Both the position numbers and the translations under genes were made by a program. A stretch of DNA of 64,000 bases from a virus (Duplodnaviria; Caudoviricetes), in IMG/VR virus record IMGVR_UViG_3300008262_000001, one strand, 5' to 3'. Positions 28,871 through 38,776 of this stretch are shown piece after piece. The notes beneath the pieces are model-generated. The model saw only the letters and a program-made list of their open reading frames with translations. It searched no databases and was not told the DNA's origin. Positions within the stretch are counted from its first letter, which is position 1; the number at the start of each line of letters is the position of its first letter.

Positions 28871-29509
28871 TTATTCTACTGGATTTCCCATTTCGTCGAA
28901 TTTGTAGTTGTTTGACTCAATTCTTTGTTCAACCTCTTCTGTCTCGTATTGAGAATCTATTGATCTTGAAATTCTATCTAAAACGAAAATCATATGAGAT
29001 TTGAATTTCTTTTCCGCTTCCCCTATATAGTGGTCTATTCTAGAAACCCTTTCTTTGGTCATCTCGTCCTCGTTTTCGATCTCAAATTCTATTTGTGTAT
29101 ATGAACCGGAATCTTTAAAAGTGTAATAAAGATCTTCCCAATAAAAAGGAGAAATTCCAAGCCATCCAAGAAACATTTCATTGTGGTTGATTTCCAAAGC
29201 TTTTGCACAGTGAATGTATCTTCCCACCTCAAAACTTATTCCAGTCCTTTCATTACCGATCATTGGAGATCCATCAAGATCTTTATCATAGTTTGGGCCG
29301 AATATTCTAAATAAATCCTCGTGTGTGGGTTCAAAAAGATAATCATCATCCACTACCCAATAAGGAATATCCTCCGCTCCATATTCTCCCATTTCCATTC
29401 CCTTTTGTATTTTAGAAATGGCATTTTTCTTCGCAGGATCGGAAAGCTCTTCAAAACTGAAAGTTTTTGTCCCTTGTTCAAAGAGGACGAAATTTTTGAT
29501 AATTTTCAT
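28871..29509 (-). CDS. acidic hypothetical protein with CTS-like leader
   Basis: MKIIKNFVLFEQ; GATATATA at 29515-29522. Confidence 0.7.
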   Translation of the reverse strand: MKIIKNFVLFEQGTKTFSFEELSDPAKKNAISKIQKGMEMGEYGAEDIPYWVVDDDYLFEPTHEDLFRIFGPNYDKDLDGSPMIGNERTGISFEVGRYIHCAKALEINHNEMFLGWLGISPFYWEDLYYTFKDSGSYTQIEFEIENEDEMTKERVSRIDHYIGEAEKKFKSHMIFVLDRISRSIDSQYETEEVEQRIESNNYKFDEMGNPVE

Positions 29510-29528
29510 CCTCCTATATATCAGAAAC

Positions 29529-30587
29529 TTACTTCTTAGACTTCTTGTCAGTCTTTTCTACTTTTTCTTCTTTTGGCGAGTTGGTAACATCTACAAATTC
29601 TCCAAGTTGAATACCAGGGATTATATCAGAGATATCAGGGATAGAAATGGAAGGAGCTTTTGGAACAACAGATTCCACCTTAGTTATAGTTTCTCTTGGT
29701 GAAAATATTGGATTACTTAAATCATCTCCTTTTAAGATATTCAAGACATACGTGTGGTCAAACAAATTACCAGGAGGTGTTGCAACTTGAATTGCATCGC
29801 CAGTTATGTCGAATGGATCGTAGAGACTATTTCTGGTGCTTCCGATTTCAAATTGTGATGTGATGTTTTTGTGAATATCATAGCCAAACACTGTTGGTGA
29901 ATTACCTATCCAAAAAACGTACGATGGCAAGCCTAAAGCAGCTGCAGCGTGTTGCATATATGAATCTATGAAAATTCTTTTATCGCTGAACATAAGAGCT
30001 AAAGCTAACACTCTTGGGCCATGTGAAAGATAATCTACACCATTTAATCCCATTTGATCCTCTCTCTTAATCTGAATAACTCTATAATCATTCTTGAATT
30101 CATCAGCTATTCTTTGAGCTAAGTATGGAGGAATATCCCTTGCCCAGGAATATTTGTTGTTGGTTTGTGCACCACCAAATGGTTGGATGAGTAAAATTGG
30201 TTTTGTTTTATTGAGCAGCACTTCTACTTGATCTCTTTCGAGATGGGTAAAGTAAAGTTCGGGGGTTGTACCTAGAGAATCGATTCCATATAAATCGCAC
30301 CAGACATCAACTAGATGTTTTTTTCTATAAATTGCTTCAGTACTTCCGTAAGGATCATGTGTGAAGATCAATGTGTCTTTATCTTTGACATAATCATCGT
30401 AAAAATAAGCAGTTTGTCCAAATTGAATAACTCTATGAACCCTTGGATTGTTAATCCAAATATCTGGATGAGCTGTAAGTATTACAATTTTTCTATCAGG
30501 ATATTTAAAGTTCATAGCACGAACAACTGCTGTTGCTATGACATTTTTACCTATTCCTCCTGAGATTTGAAAAACAACGTATTTCAT
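29529..30587 (-). CDS. GT9/heptosyltransferase-like glycosyltransferase
   Basis: SGGIGKNVIATAV, INNPRV, IFIDSYMQHAAAALG motifs. Confidence 0.75.
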   Translation of the reverse strand: MKYVVFQISGGIGKNVIATAVVRAMNFKYPDRKIVILTAHPDIWINNPRVHRVIQFGQTAYFYDDYVKDKDTLIFTHDPYGSTEAIYRKKHLVDVWCDLYGIDSLGTTPELYFTHLERDQVEVLLNKTKPILLIQPFGGAQTNNKYSWARDIPPYLAQRIADEFKNDYRVIQIKREDQMGLNGVDYLSHGPRVLALALMFSDKRIFIDSYMQHAAAALGLPSYVFWIGNSPTVFGYDIHKNITSQFEIGSTRNSLYDPFDITGDAIQVATPPGNLFDHTYVLNILKGDDLSNPIFSPRETITKVESVVPKAPSISIPDISDIIPGIQLGEFVDVTNSPKEEKVEKTDKKSKK

Positions 30588-30634
30588 TTTTATCTTTCTA
30601 AATTATAGAAGATAAAATGACATTGTTTCTAAGA

Positions 30635-33600
30635 TTAGGCCAATAATATTTTGTAAGCTGTTCCATTTATATAAGCACATAATGCACAGGTTGCAGCTGA
30701 CGAAGTTGTAAGAAGGAGAGGCGAAGAAGAAGATCCCAAGGAAAGTGTAGAGCTAACTCCTGTTGCACCAACTCCTATTATGATACTGTTACAAACGTTA
30801 TTTGTAGTAGAATCAGCGCCATATCCTATAATAATATTATTACACCCAGTTGTTAAAGTTCCATCGACAGATAGTGCTCCAATAGCTACGTTGTTGCAAC
30901 CTGTAGTAACAGAACAACCTGCTGACCTTCCAAGAAAAGTATTATATTCACCCAAGGTGTTGCACGAACCTGCATTACTACCATAAAACGAATTGAAGCC
31001 TCCTGTTGTATTTCGTAATCCAGCTTGGTCACCTACAAAAGTATTATTAACTCCTATGGTGTTACTACAAGCATTACAATTGCCTATAAAAATATTATTA
31101 GAACCGGTTGTATTCAAATATCCAGCTCTGTAACCTAAAAATATGTTTTCGTCTCCACAAGTGTTACAAAATCCAGCTTGCGAACCAACAAATGTATTAT
31201 AATGTGAAGGTTTACCTATCGCAGGAATTGTATTGTAACCTGCTTGGTAACCAATGTAGGTGTTTTCAGAACCAGTAGAGTTGCAGTATCCACTTTGGAA
31301 TCCAACATATGTGTTGTGATAACCAGTAGTATTTGCCCCTCCAGAATCTGCTCCTACAAACACGTTTTTACAACCAATCGTATTTGCGTCTCCTGCACAT
31401 GTTCCTAAGTAAACGTTACAAGATCCTGTTGTGTTTGAAAATCCACTACAGAATCCTAGAATAGTATTATTTGTTCCAATAGTGCCGCAAAAATAAGAAC
31501 AAGATCCAATTGCAATATTATTTGATCCTGTAGTATTGGCTTGTGCTGCTTTGTTTCCAAGAAAAATATTATCGTTTCCACATGTGTTATTATACCCCGC
31601 ACCATTTCCTAAAAAAGTATTTCCACCTCCTGTCGTATTTAAACCACCTGAACATGTTCCAATATAAACATTTGAACATGCTGGAGTTGTTTCGTTAGTC
31701 CCTGCACAAGCTCCAACAAAAACACTACATCTTGTTCCCGTTGAATTTTTTCCGGCTTGGTAACCTATTGCAGTTTGTAATGCAGATTCTGAACCCAAAC
31801 AACCCGCCTGGTATCCTACATATGTATTACGAGCTCCTGTAGTGTTACAATAACCAGATTCAAAACCTACAAAGACGTTTGAATCACCAGTTGTGTTAAG
31901 ATGTCCTGCACAGGTTCCTATGAAAGTTGAACAACCACCAGTAGTATTACACATACCGGACAAGTAACCAACAAAGGTATTTTGTGATCCAGTTGTACTG
32001 AATCTACCTGCTAATGTGCCTAAAAAAGTATTATTTCCTCCAAAAGTATTCGTGAATCCCGAGCATATTCCCAAAAATGTATTAGATGAGCCAGTTGTAT
32101 TACATGCTCCGCTGTTGAAACCTATGAATGTATTGGATCCACCAGTAGTGTTTTTACCACCACCACTTGCTCCAACGAATGTATTACATGCACCTGTTGT
32201 ATTTAGAGATCCAGCATATGCACCAATCATTACGCTTCCATTGGAACAAAGTGTACAATTACCTGAATTTCTTCCTATAAGTACCATATCGCAGCTACAA
32301 TCAAGCCTTTGCCCTGCCAAATTTCCTAAAACCACATTACAAGCAACATAACTTTGACAGCTAGAACCACCTGGAGAGGTTGCTGCAATACAAGTACCTA
32401 AAAATATATTGCCAGTGTTACATACGAAACAATTGTGCATTACAATACATCTTCCTATCGCAATTGTCGAAGAAGAATCGTAGGAACCTCCTCCCCCCTG
32501 AATCAAACTTCCTATATTTATGGGACTAGTTCCAGAGCCACCGACTCCAACATTATATCCAATCGAAATGTATTCGCATGTACTAGGAGTATTTTTTCCA
32601 TTTGTTTTTCCGATTGTTATACCACATCCTGTTGCACATATACCAACCTCTCCAATTGCTATTGTACTGTTTATCTGATCAGCAAAAGCTAAAACAACAT
32701 CGCTAAACTGTGGGTTGAGCAAAACATTTCCACAACCAGAAGGAACTCTTGTTGAATTACTGATGATGATATTACAAGTTCCTCCTGTGAAATTTCCAGC
32801 TACTCCTCCAGAAGCTCCTAAAATAATATTTTTGGATCCTGTCGTCATACCAGTAGCAGCACAATTTCCTATAATGAGATTGTTGGATCCTGTCGTCATA
32901 GCAGTAGCAGCAAGATGTCCTATTATAATAGATCCTGTTGATCCTGTGGCTGAAAAAGCCGAACAATTACCGATAAAAAGGTTAAAAGAACCAGTGGCAT
33001 TACATCTACCAGCTAAAATGCCTATTGCTAGGTTATTAGACCCAAATGTATTGGTTAGGAGCGTGCAGGTTCCAATTGAAATGTTACAAGCCCCTGTTGT
33101 ATTGTTTAGAAGCCCGCAGGCTCCAATTGCAATGTTACAAGAAGCTAGCCTGTTTGTTAATAACGAGCATTGGCCAATTGAAATATTATCTGAGCCTAAA
33201 TTGCAAAAGGAGCCACATTGTCCTAATGAAATATTATTTGTCCCTGTTTGGTTTCGGGCAGAGTTACATAGTCCAATTGAGATATTATCGGTTCCTCTAG
33301 TGCCGCACAGTTGAGACGATACGCCTATTGCTATATTACAGCTTCCAGTTGTGTTTTTGGACCCAGCAAAATTTCCTAAAAAAATGTTATCAGTCCCGCA
33401 ATTTACACATCCAGCAAGCCTACCAATTGCTATTGTATCAGCGCCTACAGTACTTTCAAGTCCTGCACAAACTCCAATAAAGATATTGCCCGACAGAGTA
33501 GTGTGACCAGCTCCACTACATTCGCCGATGAATATATTTTTTTGCCCAGTACTGACGTTTAGCCCTGAACAACTTCCTAGAAAAATATTACCGCATCCTG

Positions 33601-34300
33601 AAGAGCTTGAAAATCCAGAACAGGGTCCTATAAAAATATTATTGTGACATCGGTTTTTATTTCCTGCTTGATATCCTATAAAAACGTTTTGACAACCAGA
33701 AGTTGCTCCAGATCCAGCTTCATATCCTATCATGATATTACCACAGGAGTCTGCTCCGGTTAAATTAGCTCCTGCCTGATATCCTATAAGAACTCCTCCT
33801 GTAATGTTGCATGCTGATTTTCCAGCTTCTGCCCCTATAAACACGTTTCTTCCCTGAGTGTTTAGCGCGCCACTACATTCACCAATAAACACATTGGAAG
33901 TTCCTGTTGTAGTAACGCATCCGGAAAGATTACCAATATAAACGTTGCTACATCCAGTAGTCGTGAGAGCACCAGCTGATGCTCCAACAAAGATATTATT
34001 GCAACTAGATCCACATAATCCTGTTCCTGCCCCTTCTCCTATTACAATATTTCTTGCTCCAGTCCCGGTTTGGTCGGGGATAAATATGTTACCGCACGCT
34101 TGATTGTAAACCCCTATTCCGCTTAATCCCCCACTTCCATCATTAATCTGAAAAGATCCAGTGACCCCTCCAGGCGATGCCCCTGATCCGCCAGAAGCAC
34201 TTCCGTAGGTGAAGATATCATTAACTGGATCGTAAATAGGAATTTGTCCTGTTGCACCAGTTGAGCTTGAACATACGGAGATAAATTTTCTATCCGACAT
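30635..34300 (-). CDS. Cys/Gly-rich repeat protein, probable beta-helical/YadA-like tail fibre or adhesin
   Basis: Dozens of ~14-aa N-x-F-I/L-G-x-x-A/S-G repeats with frequent Cys; fibre-like N-terminus GGVTGSFQINDGSGGLSG; GATATATA at 34316-34323. Confidence 0.75.
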   Translation of the reverse strand: MSDRKFISVCSSSTGATGQIPIYDPVNDIFTYGSASGGSGASPGGVTGSFQINDGSGGLSGIGVYNQACGNIFIPDQTGTGARNIVIGEGAGTGLCGSSCNNIFVGASAGALTTTGCSNVYIGNLSGCVTTTGTSNVFIGECSGALNTQGRNVFIGAEAGKSACNITGGVLIGYQAGANLTGADSCGNIMIGYEAGSGATSGCQNVFIGYQAGNKNRCHNNIFIGPCSGFSSSSGCGNIFLGSCSGLNVSTGQKNIFIGECSGAGHTTLSGNIFIGVCAGLESTVGADTIAIGRLAGCVNCGTDNIFLGNFAGSKNTTGSCNIAIGVSSQLCGTRGTDNISIGLCNSARNQTGTNNISLGQCGSFCNLGSDNISIGQCSLLTNRLASCNIAIGACGLLNNTTGACNISIGTCTLLTNTFGSNNLAIGILAGRCNATGSFNLFIGNCSAFSATGSTGSIIIGHLAATAMTTGSNNLIIGNCAATGMTTGSKNIILGASGGVAGNFTGGTCNIIISNSTRVPSGCGNVLLNPQFSDVVLAFADQINSTIAIGEVGICATGCGITIGKTNGKNTPSTCEYISIGYNVGVGGSGTSPINIGSLIQGGGGSYDSSSTIAIGRCIVMHNCFVCNTGNIFLGTCIAATSPGGSSCQSYVACNVVLGNLAGQRLDCSCDMVLIGRNSGNCTLCSNGSVMIGAYAGSLNTTGACNTFVGASGGGKNTTGGSNTFIGFNSGACNTTGSSNTFLGICSGFTNTFGGNNTFLGTLAGRFSTTGSQNTFVGYLSGMCNTTGGCSTFIGTCAGHLNTTGDSNVFVGFESGYCNTTGARNTYVGYQAGCLGSESALQTAIGYQAGKNSTGTRCSVFVGACAGTNETTPACSNVYIGTCSGGLNTTGGGNTFLGNGAGYNNTCGNDNIFLGNKAAQANTTGSNNIAIGSCSYFCGTIGTNNTILGFCSGFSNTTGSCNVYLGTCAGDANTIGCKNVFVGADSGGANTTGYHNTYVGFQSGYCNSTGSENTYIGYQAGYNTIPAIGKPSHYNTFVGSQAGFCNTCGDENIFLGYRAGYLNTTGSNNIFIGNCNACSNTIGVNNTFVGDQAGLRNTTGGFNSFYGSNAGSCNTLGEYNTFLGRSAGCSVTTGCNNVAIGALSVDGTLTTGCNNIIIGYGADSTTNNVCNSIIIGVGATGVSSTLSLGSSSSPLLLTTSSAATCALCAYINGTAYKILLA

Positions 34301-34357
34301 TAAGACTTTTTCTTCTATATATCATAGAAGAAAACTGGGAACATAGTTTCTTGACAA

Positions 34358-34870
34358 TTAAATAGAACTGAGAAAAATTCTCAATTTATGTAAGCATTCC
34401 TTATCATATAAATTGAAAATAGGTATTCCTAAATTTTTGGCTATCCTCATGGCTTGTCCAGTGCCGCCTTTTATTAATCCCCCTTGTGTCCAGCAAACTA
34501 TAAAATCTACTGGGGTAGAGAGATCTTGACCTAATACTTGAAAGCTATTCCTTGTCATTAAATCCTTAGCAGATCCTGATAGTCCTGTCCAATTCGGGTG
34601 GTGTTTTTTTGCCAACTCTCTAGCTTCTAAAACTATTTTTGGTTCAAAGATATCTAAGAAAAGATCTGAAATATTTTGATTGAATCCTTTCCAGGGTAGA
34701 TAAATTTCTTTCTCCCCTTTAAATAATGATTCAAACATTAGATCAGCCCCAGGGGCACCTCCAGATCTTAGTGTAAAATTATTTTTATGGAGCATCGAGC
34801 AAACCTCCTCAATCATTGGCTTGACTCCATTTGGGGTTTCTCTAGAACCTATTCCTGCAAAATATTTCAT
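34358..34870 (-). CDS. SLOG-superfamily (DprA/YpsA-like) nucleotide-binding protein
   Basis: FAGIGSRETP, LRSGGAPGAD, GGTGQAMRIA..GIPIFNL. Confidence 0.8.
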   Translation of the reverse strand: MKYFAGIGSRETPNGVKPMIEEVCSMLHKNNFTLRSGGAPGADLMFESLFKGEKEIYLPWKGFNQNISDLFLDIFEPKIVLEARELAKKHHPNWTGLSGSAKDLMTRNSFQVLGQDLSTPVDFIVCWTQGGLIKGGTGQAMRIAKNLGIPIFNLYDKECLHKLRIFLSSI

Positions 34871-34878
34871 AAATAAAT

Positions 34879-35205
34879 TTAAATCTTTTTATAGAAGTCT
34901 TGACCTGAACCAGTGACATACCTAACTGAAACACCACCTTTCGTGTGTAATTCGACAAATAACGGATTTCCTATCTGCATACAGATATGAACTTCTCTAT
35001 AATTCAGTTTCATTTCAATTAGAGGTTCACGATCTTTACCTAAGAATTTTAATTTACTACCCTCTATATTTATTTTTTCACTGATGACCACATGAACGCA
35101 TCCATCTTTTCCTGACGCATTCCAATCTTCTGCTTTGGGTAAATTATCGAGGGGAATCAATTTAATTTTTCTGTGATTTGCTAAAAATAATGGAATCTTC
35201 TCCAT
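34879..35205 (-). CDS. hypothetical protein
   Basis: 108 aa. Confidence 0.6.
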   Translation of the reverse strand: MEKIPLFLANHRKIKLIPLDNLPKAEDWNASGKDGCVHVVISEKINIEGSKLKFLGKDREPLIEMKLNYREVHICMQIGNPLFVELHTKGGVSVRYVTGSGQDFYKKI

Positions 35206-35494
35206 TTATCCAAGCTCCTGGTTCTCCAATTTCTATTTTTTCGTCTGTGTAAAACCCAAGTCCGTTCTCCAAAACAACCCAATATTTATATTCGGAACCC
35301 CTATCCTGCATCTCAACTTCGGTGACAGGAATAGGGAACCAAGCGTTTTCTATAGTTTGTTCTATGTCATTCCTCTTTTTAGATTCTTGAGCTTCGTTTT
35401 TTCCAGAGGGAAAGAAAAAACTGATTAGAACCGATGAAGTTGCAAGTACAAGCATAGCAACTACGAAAGTCCTGAAAGCACTGAAAAATTTCAT
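35162..35494 (-). CDS. hypothetical protein with N-terminal TM
   Basis: 110 aa. Confidence 0.6.
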   Translation of the reverse strand: MKFFSAFRTFVVAMLVLATSSVLISFFFPSGKNEAQESKKRNDIEQTIENAWFPIPVTEVEMQDRGSEYKYWVVLENGLGFYTDEKIEIGEPGAWINGEDSIIFSKSQKN

Positions 35495-35505
35495 AAAGCT
35501 TTAAA

Positions 35506-35718
35506 TTATTCTTTTTCCCAAACTAGTTCTTCATCAACAAAGATTTTGACTATCTTTTCATCCTTGATTATTCTTTGGATGTAAGCTGATGGATTTTTTA
35601 TTTTGTCGTAAACCAGTCTTAATCCTTCAGAAGAGATGGTTTCTACAGTTGATCCTCCAGGTATAAGGCTATCTGGATTCTTCCTAAAATTGTCTTTAAC
35701 TTGAATAGATTTTTCCAT
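35506..35718 (-). CDS. hypothetical protein
   Basis: 70 aa; TAGATTTG (-7 element) at 35740-35747. Confidence 0.65.
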   Translation of the reverse strand: MEKSIQVKDNFRKNPDSLIPGGSTVETISSEGLRLVYDKIKNPSAYIQRIIKDEKIVKIFVDEELVWEKE

Positions 35719-35788
35719 TTTTTAAGTATTAAATCAAAGCAAATCTAGAAGTTTCGGACAAATTAAAAAAATTTACTCAATGAAAGTT

Positions 35789-36562
35789 TTAAGCAATAAC
35801 ACCTTGTTGTGAGTCCCAAGTGGCTTTATATGGTCCTACATATCTAAATGAAGCAGTCTTTGAAGGATTTCTTTGGGCCACGTTGTCCCAAGAATTGAGG
35901 TTGTAATTAAGCTCAATTTGACCTTTCTTATCTCCTTGGAATCCTCCTGATGAGTTTGAAATTATATTGCCTCCGTCAACCACAACACCAACGTGACCCG
36001 GTCTTGTTCCTCTGGATGTTAGGATGATATCACCTGGTTGGGATTCTGTTTTCCAGTTAGTAATTTTCTTCCATACTGATCCAGGTTTTTCGGATTCTTT
36101 AGAAAAGTGTTCCCACATGCTCGAAGTTCCTAAAGTGATAGCTCCACTTCCTGCTATTGCATAACCTGTTGCTCTGTAAAAAATCATAGATACTGCAGCA
36201 GCACAACCTAAATTTCCTCCATCAGTTCCTGGAATTTTTCTGGTGGGAACATTCAAATTAGCATAAGCAGAATTAACTATGTTACCAATTGGACCCGAAG
36301 TTGGTTGCTTTATATTTCCATTCTCACTTTTATCAGTTATTCCAACAGTCGCTCCATATCCATCCATTTCACTAGCTTGGATCTTTTGTATTTGTACTCT
36401 TGGACTTCCTTGACCTGAAGGATTGTCTGCATTCAAAAGATTTGGTTCTTTCTCACCCTCTTCCTCAAAAGAAAAATTAAGCAACTTTGCAAATTTCAGA
36501 ATATCAGATCCGAATAGTTGTTCGTTTATAGTGAATTGGTCTAATGATTTAATATGCTTCAT
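35789..36562 (-). CDS. NlpC/P60-CHAP-like papain-fold hydrolase with CTS-like leader
   Basis: LGCAAAVSMIF (Cys), QPGDIIL, GHVGVV (His); N-terminus MKHIKSLDQFTINEQLFG. Confidence 0.7.
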   Translation of the reverse strand: MKHIKSLDQFTINEQLFGSDILKFAKLLNFSFEEEGEKEPNLLNADNPSGQGSPRVQIQKIQASEMDGYGATVGITDKSENGNIKQPTSGPIGNIVNSAYANLNVPTRKIPGTDGGNLGCAAAVSMIFYRATGYAIAGSGAITLGTSSMWEHFSKESEKPGSVWKKITNWKTESQPGDIILTSRGTRPGHVGVVVDGGNIISNSSGGFQGDKKGQIELNYNLNSWDNVAQRNPSKTASFRYVGPYKATWDSQQGVIA

Positions 36563-36572
36563 TATTGGTAAT

Positions 36573-37322
36573 TTATGCGTAACTAGATAAAGATTTTACT
36601 GCATCCTCATTGGTCTTCATGTGACTGTTTTCTTTCTGGGATAATTTCGTCTTTACTGAACTTGATATAGACGAAGTAGCGGAAGAATTATTTCCGCCAA
36701 AGGAAGTGTAGTAATATTCAACCTTATCCGGATTTTCTTTAGCAAGATTTGTATAAAAACTTCCTACGTCTTGATTGCCCATCCAAATATCTACAAGATA
36801 AATCTTATCAAATTCACCAGCTCCAACCTCTTTAAGAAGTTTTTTTCCAGGTCTATATCCTCCAGAGAAAAGATAAAGTATCTTTTTTGATGGGTAGTTT
36901 CCAACCTTATTTTGAATTGCTGTGTAAGCCCCAGTACCATCTACGTTGTGATCATTTGCTACGAAGAGATTATATCTGTTATTAAATCCTGCAAAGTAAT
37001 CGTACATATAAACTCCGCTCTTTCTTCCCCCGACATCAGTTCCTCCATATACTACAACCAAAGGGCTAGTTGGTTTTTCTCCTTGAGTAAATTTACCGAA
37101 TGATCCAAGATCCTTTGCTGATTCAGGTGCTTTCTCTGTTTTTTGAGTTACAATTGGTTCACCTTGTGAAGTTCCAGATTTTTTAACGGGAGTTGCATCT
37201 GAAGAAGAGGATGATTTTTGGTCACCCTTTCCAAATAAGGTCTCTCCAAATTTTCTCACATCCGCTCCAAATAGCTGTTCGTCAATTTTCAAAAATTGAT
37301 TTATATGCTTCAAATGCTTCAT
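36573..37322 (-). CDS. alpha/beta-hydrolase-like protein with CTS-like leader
   Basis: VVVYGG, LFSGGY nucleophile-elbow-like, YLVD, late His; N-terminus MKHLKHINQFLKIDEQLFG; GATATATA at 37329-37336. Confidence 0.6.
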   Translation of the reverse strand: MKHLKHINQFLKIDEQLFGADVRKFGETLFGKGDQKSSSSSDATPVKKSGTSQGEPIVTQKTEKAPESAKDLGSFGKFTQGEKPTSPLVVVYGGTDVGGRKSGVYMYDYFAGFNNRYNLFVANDHNVDGTGAYTAIQNKVGNYPSKKILYLFSGGYRPGKKLLKEVGAGEFDKIYLVDIWMGNQDVGSFYTNLAKENPDKVEYYYTSFGGNNSSATSSISSSVKTKLSQKENSHMKTNEDAVKSLSSYA

Positions 37323-37391
37323 AGATTATATATATCGCATAAATAAATCGATAGAACTAGAAATTATCAGAAAGATTCTAGTATAACAGCT

Positions 37392-37607
37392 ATGAAAAAT
37401 TACGAAAAGCAAATTGAAGAATTTGGAAAAGAGATTGCAGATGAGGTCGTTCAGAAAATGAGAGATCCTAAATTCACTCCCTATCTTGAAAGGTACAAAG
37501 TCGCTACCTCTATCTCAAGAATACATGATGTTGAAATTATGGTAGCAATGGAGGATTTAGAGAAATCAATCTCAAAACACATCAAGAGAATGCTTGAAAT
37601 GAATTAG
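37392..37607 (+). CDS. hypothetical protein
   Basis: 71 aa. Confidence 0.6.
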   Translation: MKNYEKQIEEFGKEIADEVVQKMRDPKFTPYLERYKVATSISRIHDVEIMVAMEDLEKSISKHIKRMLEMN

Positions 37608-37633
37608 GATATATAATTAATATATGTTCAAAA

Positions 37634-38224
37634 ATGGACAAATTCACAATTAAAAAAATGGATAAACTAGATTTTGGAGCTATTAAAGATCTTACAGATC
37701 AGCACCAAGAAGTCCCAATGGGAATGAATGGAATCGTTAAGCCAAACTGCCTTCCAGAAGAAGTTCAAGAAACTTTGAATTCTAGAATTGGTGATGAATA
37801 CATTGCTTATTATTTCTACAGAAATGCAGCTAACTGGTGTAACGAAAAAAACTACAACAAAGCGGGTGCTTTTTTCGATAAAGAAGCAGAAGGTGAATTA
37901 GAGCATGGCAAAGGATTACAAGAATATTTAGTTCAATGGAACACTATTCCTGCAATACCAGGTGTAGCAACAAAACAAGAATTTGCTAGTTTAGTTGACA
38001 TCATCAACAAAGCTTACGAGTTGGAATATAACCTTTTGATGAAATATTCGGAGGATCAGAAAAACTTCCATAGTGTTCACCCGGCAACCTATAACTTTAT
38101 TCAAAAATACGTTGATATTCAAAATGGTGAGGTAGCAGAATATGCAGATCTTTTGAATGCCCTTGAATTGATTGATATCAACAGCAAACTTGATGTCTTG
38201 TTCTTCGAGAAAAACTATTTCTGA
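37634..38224 (+). CDS. ferritin-like protein
   Basis: DEYIAYYFY, FFDKEAEGELEHG, AYELE, QNGEVAE ferroxidase-type pattern; GATATATA at 37608-37615. Confidence 0.88.
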   Translation: MDKFTIKKMDKLDFGAIKDLTDQHQEVPMGMNGIVKPNCLPEEVQETLNSRIGDEYIAYYFYRNAANWCNEKNYNKAGAFFDKEAEGELEHGKGLQEYLVQWNTIPAIPGVATKQEFASLVDIINKAYELEYNLLMKYSEDQKNFHSVHPATYNFIQKYVDIQNGEVAEYADLLNALELIDINSKLDVLFFEKNYF

Positions 38225-38243
38225 GGAACTTCAAAGACTTTTT

Positions 38244-38269
38244 AAAAAAGCCCTTAGGGCTTTTTTTTT
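38244..38269. terminator. bidirectional terminator
   Basis: AAAAAAGCCC-TTA-GGGCTTTTTTTT. Confidence 0.7.
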
Positions 38270-38284
38270 GTGAATATATAATTC

Positions 38285-38776
38285 ATGTCTTTCTTTAAAG
38301 AAATCCCTCAAATACTCTCAGAGTTTTCTAAAGCTCAGAAATTGTGGGCTTTGATTCTATTGTTGTTCACAATTGTAATAATTACTATTTCCCCTTCATT
38401 GATATCAGCAATAACAATGGACAGAAAAGACTTGGAACAGAAAATAGACAGCAAGCAAACAGAAATTGAAAATTTGAAGGGTTCTATATTTGAGTTAGAT
38501 TCTTTGGTTAGAACAAACCAAAAGAACTGCACAAATGAAATACTTAAAAGAGAAGAAGAATTTCTAGAAATGCTTGATGAGCTTAAAGACGATGCCTTAA
38601 AAACAGGTAGGAACAACCTTGTTTTTGAAAATTTAGAAAAAGGAAATCCTGACAAAGACTCTATTATTCTGGTTAGGCCTTCACCTCAAATTAATACTTT
38701 ACCAATGGTGAAGAAAATAGAGAAATTTGAGAAAAAAATAAGGGCCCAGAATTTGTCTGAGCCCTTACCTAATTAA
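38285..38776 (+). CDS. TM + coiled-coil protein (i-spanin-like candidate)
   Basis: Single N-terminal TM, long coiled coil; AATATATA immediately upstream. Confidence 0.6.
   Translation: MSFFKEIPQILSEFSKAQKLWALILLLFTIVIITISPSLISAITMDRKDLEQKIDSKQTEIENLKGSIFELDSLVRTNQKNCTNEILKREEEFLEMLDELKDDALKTGRNNLVFENLEKGNPDKDSIILVRPSPQINTLPMVKKIEKFEKKIRAQNLSEPLPN

Noticed and set aside
32016-33314. Several + strand ORFs within the Cys-rich fibre gene
   Set aside because: Antisense shadows of a repetitive gene (PVV/LLP periodicity).
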